From the NCBI RefSeq assembly GCF_965229135.1, contig NZ_OZ245860.1:1231849-1295848 (forward strand): DNA of 64,000 nucleotides. Reading direction: 5' to 3'. Below are positions 28,452-37,340 of this stretch, piece by piece. The notes under the pieces are model-generated. The model was not told the DNA's origin. It worked only from the letters and a program-made list of their open reading frames with translations, and made no database searches. The DNA comes from Mesorhizobium sp. GTDB lineage: Bacteria; Pseudomonadota; Alphaproteobacteria; Rhizobiales; Rhizobiaceae. A program made the position numbers and the translations under genes. Within the stretch, counting starts at the first letter, position 1. Each line of letters starts with the position of its first letter.

Positions 28452-28829
28452 GTGACTGTGGCCGACCTCTATCGAGGCTATATCGACTGCCTCAACAACT
28501 AGGATTGGGCGCGGCTGCACCGCTTCGTGCATGACGAGGTGCACTACAACGGCGACCGGGTCGGCCTGTCAGGCTATCGCGCAATGCTGGAGCGGGATTT
28601 TCGCGAAATCCCTGACCTCTATTTCGACGTCCAGCTCTTGATCTCCGACCCGCCCTTCATCGCCAGCCGCATCCAGTTCCACTGCACGCCAAGAGGGACC
28701 TTCTTCAACCTGCCGATCAACGGCAAGAAGGTCTCTTTCAGCGAGAACGTCTTCTATGAGTTTCTCGATGACCGGATCAGGAATGTCTGGTCGGTGATCG
28801 ACAAGGCGGCGGTTGCAGCGCAGCTTTGA
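28452..28829 (+). pseudogene. ester cyclase (SnoaL-like) interrupted by an in-frame TAG at 28500-28502
   Basis: GGAG lies 7 nt before the GTG at 28452. Translation reads VTVADLYRGYIDCLNN*DWARLHRFVHDEVHYNGDRVGLSGYRAMLERDFREIPDLYF... and is continuous across the stop in one frame. Confidence 0.6.
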
Positions 28830-28992
28830 TTGGCATGTGGCGCCAGGCAAAGTGCCTCGCGACTAGCGCTGCCAGTCGCTCCACGTTTGAACTGCTATTC
28901 CGCCGACGTTCGCGCTGCCCCTCACCTGCCTGCCGGCGTTCGTCATTCGAAAAGCCAAGCAATTGGCTTTTCGTCCGCAAGCGAACCATTCC

Positions 28993-29036
28993 TCAACTCC
29001 CCGTATAGTGACGGGAGAGGGACGCTGTTATCGGCG
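28993..29036. repeat. REP-like hairpin element (degenerate copy)
   Basis: CTCCCCGT-atagtg-ACGGGAGAG hairpin, related to the neighbouring ccccgtttacgggg elements. Confidence 0.5.
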
Positions 29037-29079
29037 ATTTCGCCAATCTCCAACGCCGTAAGACAGGCGCCGACAGCGA

Positions 29080-29145
29080 GGCCAGCTTCTCTCGCCCCGT
29101 TTACGGGGAGAGATGTCCGGCAGGACAGTGAGGGGCAGCGCCGAC
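29080..29145 (+). repeat. 66-nt REP-like intergenic repeat, copy 1
   Basis: ggccagcttctctcgccccgtttacggggagagatgtccggcaggacagtgaggggcagcgccgac. It differs at 2 positions from 32890-32955 and contains the hairpin TCTCGCCCCGT-tt-ACGGGGAGAGA. Confidence 0.85.
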
Positions 29146-29185
29146 TTTCGATATCGGCGATCGATGCCGCCTCACGGCCACGCCC

Positions 29186-29950
29186 TCAACCCGCCCCCGC
29201 ATGCGTCACACTCGGCCAAGCCGCCAGCAGCTCCCTCGTATAATCCTCGCGTGGCGCACCGAACAGCGCCCCCACTTCGCCACCCTCAACCACCTTGCCT
29301 GCGCGCATGACGACCGCGTTTTCGGCGATAAGCCGCACGATCGCCAGATTGTGGCTGATGACGACCAGCGTGATTTTGTCGGACCGCCTGATGTCCTGTA
29401 GCAGATTGAGCAGATCCCCCTGCACGGAGACATCGAGCCCGGCGGTCGGTTCGTCGGCGATCAGGATCGATGGCTTCATCAGCAATGCCCGCGCGATCGC
29501 CACGCGCCGCGCCTGGCCGCCGCTGATCTCGTGCGGATATTTGTCGATGACGCCGGGCGGCAGGCCGAGCCGGCCCAGGATGACGGCGAGCCGCTCGTGC
29601 GTTGCCGCATGCGGTTCCCGCAGCACCGTGCCGACCTCGTTCATCAGCGTGCGGATGCGGCTGCGCGGCGACAGCGAGGCGGCCGGGTCCTGGAAGATCG
29701 GCTGGATGAAGCTGGCGCGTTCCTTGAGCGCCGCGCGGCCATGCACCAGCGGCTTGCCAAGGATGCGGATCTCGCCCCCGTCGAGCTTCCGCAGGCCAAG
29801 CACGGCGCGCATCAGCGTCGTCTTGCCGGAGCCGGATTCGCCGACAATGCCAAAGCAGGTGCCTTGCGGAATGGCAATCGATACGCCGTCGAGTGCCGCG
29901 GTCTCGCCGAAGCGCAATTGTGCATTGCTGATGGAGATCGCATCGGTCAT
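29186..29950 (-). CDS. ABC transporter ATP-binding protein (oligo/dipeptide type, DppF-like)
   Basis: Walker A GESGSGKTT, signature [15 protein letters not shown], Walker B ILIADEPTAGLD. Confidence 0.9.
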   Translation of the reverse strand: MTDAISISNAQLRFGETAALDGVSIAIPQGTCFGIVGESGSGKTTLMRAVLGLRKLDGGEIRILGKPLVHGRAALKERASFIQPIFQDPAASLSPRSRIRTLMNEVGTVLREPHAATHERLAVILGRLGLPPGVIDKYPHEISGGQARRVAIARALLMKPSILIADEPTAGLDVSVQGDLLNLLQDIRRSDKITLVVISHNLAIVRLIAENAVVMRAGKVVEGGEVGALFGAPREDYTRELLAAWPSVTHAGAG

Positions 29951-30936
29951 TGCGTGCGCAACCGCAGGCAGCGAGCACTATGCCCGGGATCGCCGCCGAC
30001 AGGATAATCGCCGGGTTTGATGATAGCGCAATCGTCGAACGACACATCGCAGCGCCCGTTGAAGATGCAGCCGGGCGGTCTCTGGCGCGGGTCGGGCAAC
30101 TCGCCTGATATCACCGTGAATCGGTTTTGCGAGGCATTGGCGTGGCGCTCGCGGTCGATCGGCACCTCGCAGTCGAACAGCATTCGCGTATAGGGATGGC
30201 CGGGCCGGCGCTGAACTTGATTGACCGTGCCACTTTCGAGTTTCTCGCCGGCATAGAGCACCGAGATTGCATCGCAATATTCGGTGACCAGCCCCAGACT
30301 GTGCGTGATCAACAGCACGGCGCAGCCGATTCGGTCGCGCAGGCCGATGATTTCGCGCATGATCTGCGCCTCGACGGTGACATCGAGCGCCGTGGTCGGT
30401 TCGTCGGCGATCAGCAGCGCCGGCTCCGACAACAGCGCCATGGCGATGACCACCCGCTGGCGCATGCCGCCGGACAGTTCGTGCGGATACTGGTTCATGC
30501 GCCGCGCGGGGTTGCTGAGCTTGACCTTGTCGAGCGCGTCCTCAGCCATCGCAACACGGGTCTTGCGATCGCTCTCGGGAGTACGCCGGCGTAGCACTTC
30601 GCAAAGCTGGGTGCCTATCGTGAACACCGGGTTGAGCGACAGCATCGGGTCTTGAAAAATCATCGCCATGCCGCGACCGCGCAAGGCAGCCGTCGCGTTA
30701 CGCTTCGTCAGGTCGAAATTATTGCCCTCAATCGTGGCGGTGCCGGATGTCACCCGGGCGTTGTTGGCAAGCAGGCCCATCAGCGCGAAGGCGACGGTGG
30801 ATTTGCCGCTGCCGGATTCGCCGACCAGCCCGAGCATTTCGCCCTTTTTTATGTCCAGCGAAACGCCCCGCAAAGCATGCGCGGTGCCCTGCTGCAGGCT
30901 GTAGTCGACTGAGAGATCGCGCAACGAAACCGCCAT
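29947..30936 (-). CDS. ABC transporter ATP-binding protein (DppD-like)
   Basis: The true start is the ATG at 30936 (MAVSLRDLSVDYS...GESGSGKST...LSGGMRQRV). It overlaps the upstream permease stop (ATGA). The upstream part of track ORF 29947..31806 is out-of-frame read-through of the permease gene. Confidence 0.9.
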   Translation of the reverse strand: MAVSLRDLSVDYSLQQGTAHALRGVSLDIKKGEMLGLVGESGSGKSTVAFALMGLLANNARVTSGTATIEGNNFDLTKRNATAALRGRGMAMIFQDPMLSLNPVFTIGTQLCEVLRRRTPESDRKTRVAMAEDALDKVKLSNPARRMNQYPHELSGGMRQRVVIAMALLSEPALLIADEPTTALDVTVEAQIMREIIGLRDRIGCAVLLITHSLGLVTEYCDAISVLYAGEKLESGTVNQVQRRPGHPYTRMLFDCEVPIDRERHANASQNRFTVISGELPDPRQRPPGCIFNGRCDVSFDDCAIIKPGDYPVGGDPGHSARCLRLRTQ

Positions 30937-31778
30937 CAACGTGCCCCCGTCGACTTGGGATCGATGACGCGCCGCAGCGCTTCGCCGAGTAGCGTGGCGC
31001 CGAGCGTGGCGATGGCCAGCACCAGGGCGGCGGCGACCGTCGGCCACCAGGACTGGTTGATCGAGACGAAGCCGTCCTTGATCAGCGTGCCGAGCGAGGA
31101 TTTCGGCGGTTGGACGCCAAAGCCGAGAAAGGACAGCGAGGCTTCGAAAGCAATCACGACCGGCAGGTTCATGCTGGCCAGCACGATGATCGGCCCGGCG
31201 ACATTGGGCAGATAGTGCCTGACCACGATGGTGAATGGATGCACGGCCAGCATCCGCTCCGCCTCGATGAAGGAAAGGTTGCGCAGCGTCTGCGCCCGGG
31301 CGCGCGCCATGCGGCCGAACTGTGGAATGAAGACAATGGTCACCAGCAGCACGAAGGTGGCCGAACCCTTGCCGTAGAGCGCGATCAGCGCGAAGGCGAG
31401 GATCAGTGGGGGGAAGGCGTTGACAATGTCGAAGACAGCCGTCACCGCGCGATCTACCCAGCCGCCGGCGATGCCCGCGACAATGCCGATCAGCGAGCCG
31501 ATCATCGACGAGATGACGACGATCATCACCGCCAGCGTCAACGCATAGCGCGTGCCGACCGAGGTGCGCGCGGCGAGGTCGCGCCCAAGATTGTCGGTGC
31601 CCAGCAGATGCGCCAGACCGGGTGCGGCGAAGCGGGCCTTGATATCGATGGCGTTGGGGTCGGGGCTGATCAGCGGCCCGATGAGCGCGAACACCAGAAT
31701 GGTCAGGGTGAAAGCCAGCCCAAGCCGGCCATCGCGCTCCGAACAGATGCGTTTGAGCAGCCCCGCCAGTCCGCTCAT
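30936..31778 (-). CDS. ABC transporter permease (DppC-like)
   Basis: Six-TM BPD_transp_1 pattern with an N-terminal LLGTDNLGRDL motif. Confidence 0.9.
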   Translation of the reverse strand: MSGLAGLLKRICSERDGRLGLAFTLTILVFALIGPLISPDPNAIDIKARFAAPGLAHLLGTDNLGRDLAARTSVGTRYALTLAVMIVVISSMIGSLIGIVAGIAGGWVDRAVTAVFDIVNAFPPLILAFALIALYGKGSATFVLLVTIVFIPQFGRMARARAQTLRNLSFIEAERMLAVHPFTIVVRHYLPNVAGPIIVLASMNLPVVIAFEASLSFLGFGVQPPKSSLGTLIKDGFVSINQSWWPTVAAALVLAIATLGATLLGEALRRVIDPKSTGAR

Positions 31779-32740
31779 CCGCGATCCGCCGCGATACGGG
31801 GATCAAGCAGCGCGTTGATCATGTCGACCACGAGATTGGCGACGATGTAGAAGGCGACGATAAAGACGACGCAGGCTTGCACCACCGGATAGTTGCGTTG
31901 TGCGATCGAGTTGAAGATCAGGCTGCCGATGCCGGAACGGGCGAAGATGATCTCGACGACAACCGAGCTGCCGATGAGGTCGCCGAGCCCGATGCCGAGG
32001 ATCGAGACCACCGGCACCAACGCGAGCTTCAGCGCGTACAGGCCGACGATGCGGTATTCCGATACGCCATAGGCGCGTAGCGTTCGCACATGCAGTTCCG
32101 CCAGCGTGTCGAGGAGCGAGGCGCGCACCAGCCGCGAGATGTAGCCGACCCAGCCGAGCGCCAGCGCCACGCTGGGCAGGATCAGATGCCGCAACCGGTC
32201 CATGATGTCGTTGGGATCGCCCGCACCCGCCACCGGCAGCCAGTGCAGACCGATCGCGAAGATCAGGAACAGGATGACCGAGACCACCAGCGTCGGCGTG
32301 GTGATGAAGGAGATCGACAGCAGCGCCAGGCCGCTGTCGAGCCACGACCCCGGTTTCAGCGCCGCGATCACGCCTATGGGAATGCCCACTACGAGTGCCA
32401 GCGTCAGCGCGCTGAAGGCCAGCGCCAGCGTGTTGGGAATGACATCCAGCACAATGTCGAGGATCGGCCGGTGAGAGACAACATCCTCGCCGAAATTGCC
32501 GGTCGCGGCACGGCTGGCGAACAGCCACAGCTGCTCGAGCAGGCCGCGGTCGAGCCCCATGTCATGGATGATCTGGGCGCGAAGTTCCGGCGTCGCCCTG
32601 GGGCCCAGCATCACCGAAGCGAAATCGCCCGGCACTAGCCGTACCATCAGGAACAGGAGCAGCGTGGCGCCGGCGATGGTCAGCACCACCGACGCGAGGC
32701 GGCTTGCGATGAAGGCGGCGGTGCGTCGCGCTCTGGTCAT
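31775..32740 (-). CDS. ABC transporter permease (DppB-like)
   Basis: Typical DppB/OppB-type N-terminus and EAA-loop region. 4-nt overlap with the downstream permease. Confidence 0.9.
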   Translation of the reverse strand: MTRARRTAAFIASRLASVVLTIAGATLLLFLMVRLVPGDFASVMLGPRATPELRAQIIHDMGLDRGLLEQLWLFASRAATGNFGEDVVSHRPILDIVLDVIPNTLALAFSALTLALVVGIPIGVIAALKPGSWLDSGLALLSISFITTPTLVVSVILFLIFAIGLHWLPVAGAGDPNDIMDRLRHLILPSVALALGWVGYISRLVRASLLDTLAELHVRTLRAYGVSEYRIVGLYALKLALVPVVSILGIGLGDLIGSSVVVEIIFARSGIGSLIFNSIAQRNYPVVQACVVFIVAFYIVANLVVDMINALLDPRIAADRG

Positions 32741-32817
32741 GGACGCAGCAAGTCCGGTTCGTCGAGGTTGGTCAATGGCTTCAACCTAACTGGAGATGGG
32801 CCAATGGTGGAGGCTGG

Positions 32818-32873
32818 CGCCGCCCCTCATCTGGCTGCCGCCATCTTCTGCCCGTAAACGGGGAGAAGGACGC
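32818..32873 (-). repeat. REP-like intergenic repeat, inverted copy
   Basis: The reverse complement reads gcgtccttctccccgtttacgggcagaagatggcggcagccagatgaggggcggcgc. Same family as 32890-32955 but in the opposite orientation. Confidence 0.75.
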
Positions 32874-32889
32874 TATCGCGCGGCGTTTC

Positions 32890-32955
32890 GGCCAGCTTCT
32901 CTCGCCCCGTTTACGGGGAGAGATGCCCGGCAGGACAGTGAGGGGCGGCGCCGAC
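32890..32955 (+). repeat. 66-nt REP-like intergenic repeat, copy 2
   Basis: 64/66 identical to 29080-29145. Confidence 0.85.
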
Positions 32956-32971
32956 GTATCGTCCCCTGCCC

Positions 32972-34516
32972 TTACGCCTTGTCGAAGAACTCGAACTGCC
33001 AGTCCTTGCCGTTGGGCAGGAACACCGGCTTCAGCCAAGCTGCGTCGGCGAAGAAATTTCGGCCATGGGTGATCCAGATGCAGGAGGCCGATTCATCGAG
33101 CAGCTTCTGCATCTTGATGTAGATCTCCTCGCGCTTTGCCTTGTCCAGCGTCTCCAGCCCTTCCTGGTGCAGCTTGTCGAATTCGGGGCTGTTCCAGCGC
33201 TGCCAGTTCCACAGGCCGATCTGGCTGGCGAGGAACCACTGCGTCTGGAAGCTCGGATCGAACTTCGAGGTGTAGGGAATGAGGGTCAGTTCGAGGTTCT
33301 TGCTGGCATCGCCAGCGCCAAGCGCCCAATAGGCGCCGGAGTCCATCGCGTTGATGGTGAGCGTGATGCCGACATCGGCAAGGTTGGCCTGGGCGATCTG
33401 GGCGACGGCCAGCGAGGTTGCATCGTTGAGGCAGGTGAATGTGAAGGCAAGGTTGGACTTGCCGGCCTCGCTCAGCAGTTGCTGCGCCTTGGCGACGTCC
33501 CTGGTGTAGAGCGGTGCATCGGCCCAGTTGCCGAGCAGGCCGGGGGCCAGCAGCGTCTTGGCACGCGAGGTGGCGCCGGAATAGGCGCCCTGGATGATGG
33601 CGTCGACATCGATTGCCCAGCGGATCGCCTGGCGCACCTTGATGTCGGCGAGATCGCCCTTCTCCACATTGATGCCGATCCAAGTGTAGTCGATGCCGGG
33701 GATATCGATCACCTTGGTGTCGGGCAGGCCCTTGGCGGTTGCGAGCTGGTCGGCATCGAATGCGGTGAAGTCGAGTTCCTTGGCCTGATAGGACAGGAAG
33801 GCGGTCTTGTGCTCGGGGATGATCTTGCCGGTGATCTCCTCGAAATGAGCCTTGTTGGGGCCCTTGTAGTCGGCGTTGGCGGCGAGCACGAACTGTTCCT
33901 TCGGCCGCCATTCCTTGAGCACCATCGGACCGGAGCCGATCAGCGTGGTGGCGATCTTGTCGCCGAGTTGCTCGGTGGCCTTCTTCGACAGGATCGCGCC
34001 CGACGCGTCGCAGATGCCGATAAGCCAGAGTGCGGCCGAGGGATGCTTCAGGACAAGCTTGCCGGTGTATTTTCCGGTGACCTCAACCGATTTCAGCGCT
34101 TCCAGATCGTCGGCGTAGGCGAGCTTCTTGCCGTTCTTGTCGCCGTTGATGTAGCGGTCATAGGTGAACTTGACGTCGTCGGCCGTCATCTCGCCAAAGC
34201 CGCCGGTGAACATCTGGCCGGGGTTGAGCTCGAACTCGAACTCGGTATCGGAGACCTGCTTGATCTCCTTGGCCGCATCGTTGGTCCAGCTGGTCTTGCC
34301 CGGCTCGAAGCGCACCAGCGTCTGGCAGACGGCACGGATGATGTTGCCTTCGGTGGTGCCGACACGGTTGCCCGGATCGAGATTGCCGATGTCGGCATCG
34401 AGCGCGATGATCGGGTTGGTCCTGGCGCCCGCCGCCACAGCGAAGCGGGCGTAGGGCAGGATCGCCAGTGCCGACGAGCCGGCCAGGAAAGTTCTGCGGT
34501 CGAGTTTCATGCGCAT
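32972..34516 (-). CDS. ABC transporter substrate-binding protein, family 5 (peptide/nickel type)
   Basis: Tat/Sec-like leader MRMKLDRRTFLAGSSALAILPYA. 514 aa. SBP_bac_5-type sequence. Confidence 0.9.
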   Translation of the reverse strand: MRMKLDRRTFLAGSSALAILPYARFAVAAGARTNPIIALDADIGNLDPGNRVGTTEGNIIRAVCQTLVRFEPGKTSWTNDAAKEIKQVSDTEFEFELNPGQMFTGGFGEMTADDVKFTYDRYINGDKNGKKLAYADDLEALKSVEVTGKYTGKLVLKHPSAALWLIGICDASGAILSKKATEQLGDKIATTLIGSGPMVLKEWRPKEQFVLAANADYKGPNKAHFEEITGKIIPEHKTAFLSYQAKELDFTAFDADQLATAKGLPDTKVIDIPGIDYTWIGINVEKGDLADIKVRQAIRWAIDVDAIIQGAYSGATSRAKTLLAPGLLGNWADAPLYTRDVAKAQQLLSEAGKSNLAFTFTCLNDATSLAVAQIAQANLADVGITLTINAMDSGAYWALGAGDASKNLELTLIPYTSKFDPSFQTQWFLASQIGLWNWQRWNSPEFDKLHQEGLETLDKAKREEIYIKMQKLLDESASCIWITHGRNFFADAAWLKPVFLPNGKDWQFEFFDKA

Positions 34517-34540
34517 TTTCTTGTTCCCCTTTTTTGTCGG

Positions 34541-36568
34541 TTACATGCAATCGCGTGGAATGACCTCGTCGTAAGACCTCTCGGCGAAGATCGTTCCTCG
34601 CTCGTAAGCCTTGACCCATCCGCGCGCGTAAAAATTGTCGCGGTCGCAGCTGAAGCTGATTTCGCAGTCGACCCGCGCGTTCCAATCGGGCCTCATGAAC
34701 TCTTCGTGGCAGGTCACCGTCGTCGCGCAGCTTGCCGGATCATTGTCGGCGATGCCGTATGTCTTGCGGCGCCAGGACGTGATCTCGGTGCCGGTCTCCT
34801 CGATCAAGAAACGGCCGTCATCCGACAGCGCCGTCAGCTCGGTTCGTTCGGTTGGCAGGTCCGTGGTCAGCGAACGCAGTTGGCGAGCGGGCTCCTTGAT
34901 GGTGACCGGGCGAGGTTCGGCCCACAGCGCTTCCTCGAACGCCACCGAGGCCAACCCCTCCTCGCTGGCCAGAACCGACAGGTCGAGCCGGCAACCCTTC
35001 GGATCGAAGGTCAGCATCGTGCGCTCCGGTGACGGCCAGGCCATCGGCCAGTAGGAGGAAGAAATCGCGACCCGAAGCCTGTGTCCCGCCGGGATGATCT
35101 GCGCAACCGGTTTGAAATCCAGCTCGACATCCTCGAACTGGCCCGGCGTCAGCGGCTCGGGAAATTCATGACTTTGGCGATGCGCCAGATTGAGCAGCGC
35201 AAAGGTGATGAAGGCGGACGTGCCGTCTGGCGCCACATCGGTCAGCCGCACGCAAAGCTGGGCTTGCGGCTTGTCGGCCGCCACACGCAGCCTGATCTTC
35301 GATATGCCGGCAAGCTGCAGGTCGGCATCCATGACATGGCTGTCGAAGCACAGCGAGCCGCCGTCATCGGCGCGCTGGTCACGCGCGCCTTCGGCCGAAA
35401 TTCGACCCTGACCGTAGGGGCACCATTCCTGTCCTTGCACACCGGTGGTGAGAGGTGAGCAGACGGTCAGCGGCCCTGCCCCATTGGCATCCTGCGTTTC
35501 GCTCAGTTTGCCGTCGCCGTTCAGCCACCACGCCTTGCCACCGATCTGCCCGGCCGGCCATTGCGGAAAGCCCAGCCAGCGGCCAGGCCGGACATCGATA
35601 TGCGAATGCGGCCTGGCGTAGTCCATCAGGTAGAGGCGCATGTCGGGCTCGCTGTCGGCGCCGTTGTCGATACCCTTCAGCCAGCGATCGTACCAGCGGA
35701 TGCATTCCTGCAGATAGCCCATTGCCGGGCCGGGAACGCCATAGTTGGGCTCCTTGTGGCCCCATGGACCGCAAATGCCCTTGGCCGGCCCCTTGAGATT
35801 CTTGACCAGGCTGAAGATGGTCTGCGTGTAGCCGTCGAGATAGCCGCCGACCGCCAGCACGGCGCATTCGATGGCGGAAAAATCCTCGCAGACCGAACCC
35901 TGTTTCCAGAACGCGTCCCGGCGCTGGTGCTTCAGCCATTCGGCTGCATGGTTCTTGTGGTCGTCGAGCCGATCTTTCCACATTTGCCGCCAACGATCCT
36001 CGCCAACGACGGCCGGGTCCGGCGGCAGCGCAGAATAGCCGAAAAGCGCCCCACCCCAGCCGAAATTGTCGTTGATCAGCAGGCCGCCATTGTAGTGCGC
36101 GTCGCAGGCGTAACGGTCGTCGGTCGAGCAGGAAGTGACGATCGCTTTCAATTGGGGCGGGCGGCGGGCCGCGACCTGCAGACCGGAGAAACCGCCCCAG
36201 CTGTTGCCGATCATGCCGGCAACGCCCGTGCACCAGGGCTGCGAACACAGATGATCGAGGATCTCCAGCGCATCGTCCTGCTCGCGCTTGACGTATTCGT
36301 CGTCGAGCAGGCCGTCGGAATCGCCCATGCCCGCAATGTCGACGCGGGCCGAGGCATAACCATGGCCGGCGAAGAAAAGATGCATCTCCTCGTCGCCGGT
36401 GCGCGTGCCGTCGCGGCGGCGATACGGTATGTATTCGAGGATCAACGGGACGGGGTTTTTCTCGGCGTCGTCGGGCAGGAACAGGCGAGCGGCCAGCTTG
36501 CGGCCATCGGCAAGCGGAATCCAGTGGGTTTCGACCGTTCTGACCCCGGAAATGACGACGCTGGGCAT
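34541..36568 (-). CDS. CocE/NonD family hydrolase (X-Pro dipeptidyl-peptidase S15-like)
   Basis: ILEYIPYRRRDGT...YASARVDIAGMGDSDG...GMIGNSWGGF nucleophile elbow. The ATG at 36568 has GGAG upstream; the track start at 36784 is too long. Confidence 0.85.
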   Translation of the reverse strand: MPSVVISGVRTVETHWIPLADGRKLAARLFLPDDAEKNPVPLILEYIPYRRRDGTRTGDEEMHLFFAGHGYASARVDIAGMGDSDGLLDDEYVKREQDDALEILDHLCSQPWCTGVAGMIGNSWGGFSGLQVAARRPPQLKAIVTSCSTDDRYACDAHYNGGLLINDNFGWGGALFGYSALPPDPAVVGEDRWRQMWKDRLDDHKNHAAEWLKHQRRDAFWKQGSVCEDFSAIECAVLAVGGYLDGYTQTIFSLVKNLKGPAKGICGPWGHKEPNYGVPGPAMGYLQECIRWYDRWLKGIDNGADSEPDMRLYLMDYARPHSHIDVRPGRWLGFPQWPAGQIGGKAWWLNGDGKLSETQDANGAGPLTVCSPLTTGVQGQEWCPYGQGRISAEGARDQRADDGGSLCFDSHVMDADLQLAGISKIRLRVAADKPQAQLCVRLTDVAPDGTSAFITFALLNLAHRQSHEFPEPLTPGQFEDVELDFKPVAQIIPAGHRLRVAISSSYWPMAWPSPERTMLTFDPKGCRLDLSVLASEEGLASVAFEEALWAEPRPVTIKEPARQLRSLTTDLPTERTELTALSDDGRFLIEETGTEITSWRRKTYGIADNDPASCATTVTCHEEFMRPDWNARVDCEISFSCDRDNFYARGWVKAYERGTIFAERSYDEVIPRDCM

Positions 36569-36605
36569 GTGAACTCCGGCTTGGATTGAACAACGATATG
36601 ATATA

Positions 36606-36621
36606 TTGAATGGCCAATCAA
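36606..36621. promoter_or_regulatory. candidate TetR operator: near-perfect palindrome TTGAATGGCCAATCAA
   Basis: 14 of 16 positions are self-complementary. It sits in the 76-nt divergent intergenic region between the hydrolase and the TetR gene. An additional ATTGAA half-site lies at 36585-36590. Confidence 0.35.
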
Positions 36622-36644
36622 TATACAAACGAGAAGGCTTTGCA

Positions 36645-37235
36645 ATGGCGAAACGATCCATCAAGGCGATGCGCCGCGACGAGCTGGTCGACGCCGCGAT
36701 CGCCGTCGTGGGCGAGGAAGGAATGTCCGGTGCCACGATGGCGGTGATCGCGCGGCGCGCCGGCATGTCGGCCGGGTTGGTCAACCATTATTTCGACAGC
36801 AAGGAGGAGTTGCTGGCGCTGGCCATGCGCAATCTGTCGAACCTGTTTCGCCAGGACATCCTCAAGCTGGCGCCTGCCAATCCTACGCCCGCGCAACGAT
36901 TGAAGGCGATCGTCGATGGCTCCTTCGCGCCGCAGCATCTGGGCTCGCCCAAGCGCGCCGTGACCTGGATGCAGTTCATGATCGCCGCGCAGACCGAGCC
37001 GCGCATCAAGCATCTCTACCACCTGACTGGCGCGCGCTTCGTTTCCAACATCCGTTATGCCGTCAAGCAACTGGTTCCGGCCGATAAGGTCGATGATATC
37101 GTCGACGGCATCGCCGCGCTGATCGACGGCTTCTTCTGGCAGAACGCAGGGGAGTATCTGGAAGAGGACCTGGAGCGAGCGCGGCGAATTTGCTGGCGCT
37201 ATGTCTCCTTGTTGATCCCGGGGATAGAGGGGTAA
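36645..37235 (+). CDS. TetR family transcriptional regulator (BetI-like)
   Basis: RRDELVDAAIAVVGEEGMSGATMAVIARRAGMSAGLVNHYFDSKEELL HTH region. Confidence 0.85.
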   Translation: MAKRSIKAMRRDELVDAAIAVVGEEGMSGATMAVIARRAGMSAGLVNHYFDSKEELLALAMRNLSNLFRQDILKLAPANPTPAQRLKAIVDGSFAPQHLGSPKRAVTWMQFMIAAQTEPRIKHLYHLTGARFVSNIRYAVKQLVPADKVDDIVDGIAALIDGFFWQNAGEYLEEDLERARRICWRYVSLLIPGIEG

Positions 37236-37340
37236 CACGCCAATACAGCCGGCGTTCAGCGCACAGCTAGAGAGACGAGGCAAGGATCGTTCGTAAAAAT
37301 CGATCATTTCAAGCAGAACAATTCGTTGGAAAGATCGTTT

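Noticed and set aside
30937-31806. N-terminal 290 residues of track ORF 29947..31806 (619 aa).
   Set aside because: This is out-of-frame read-through of the DppC-like permease gene. The ATPase begins at the ATG at 30936 with a canonical N-terminus. The same applies to the N-terminal extensions of 43444..45507 and 60029..61948.
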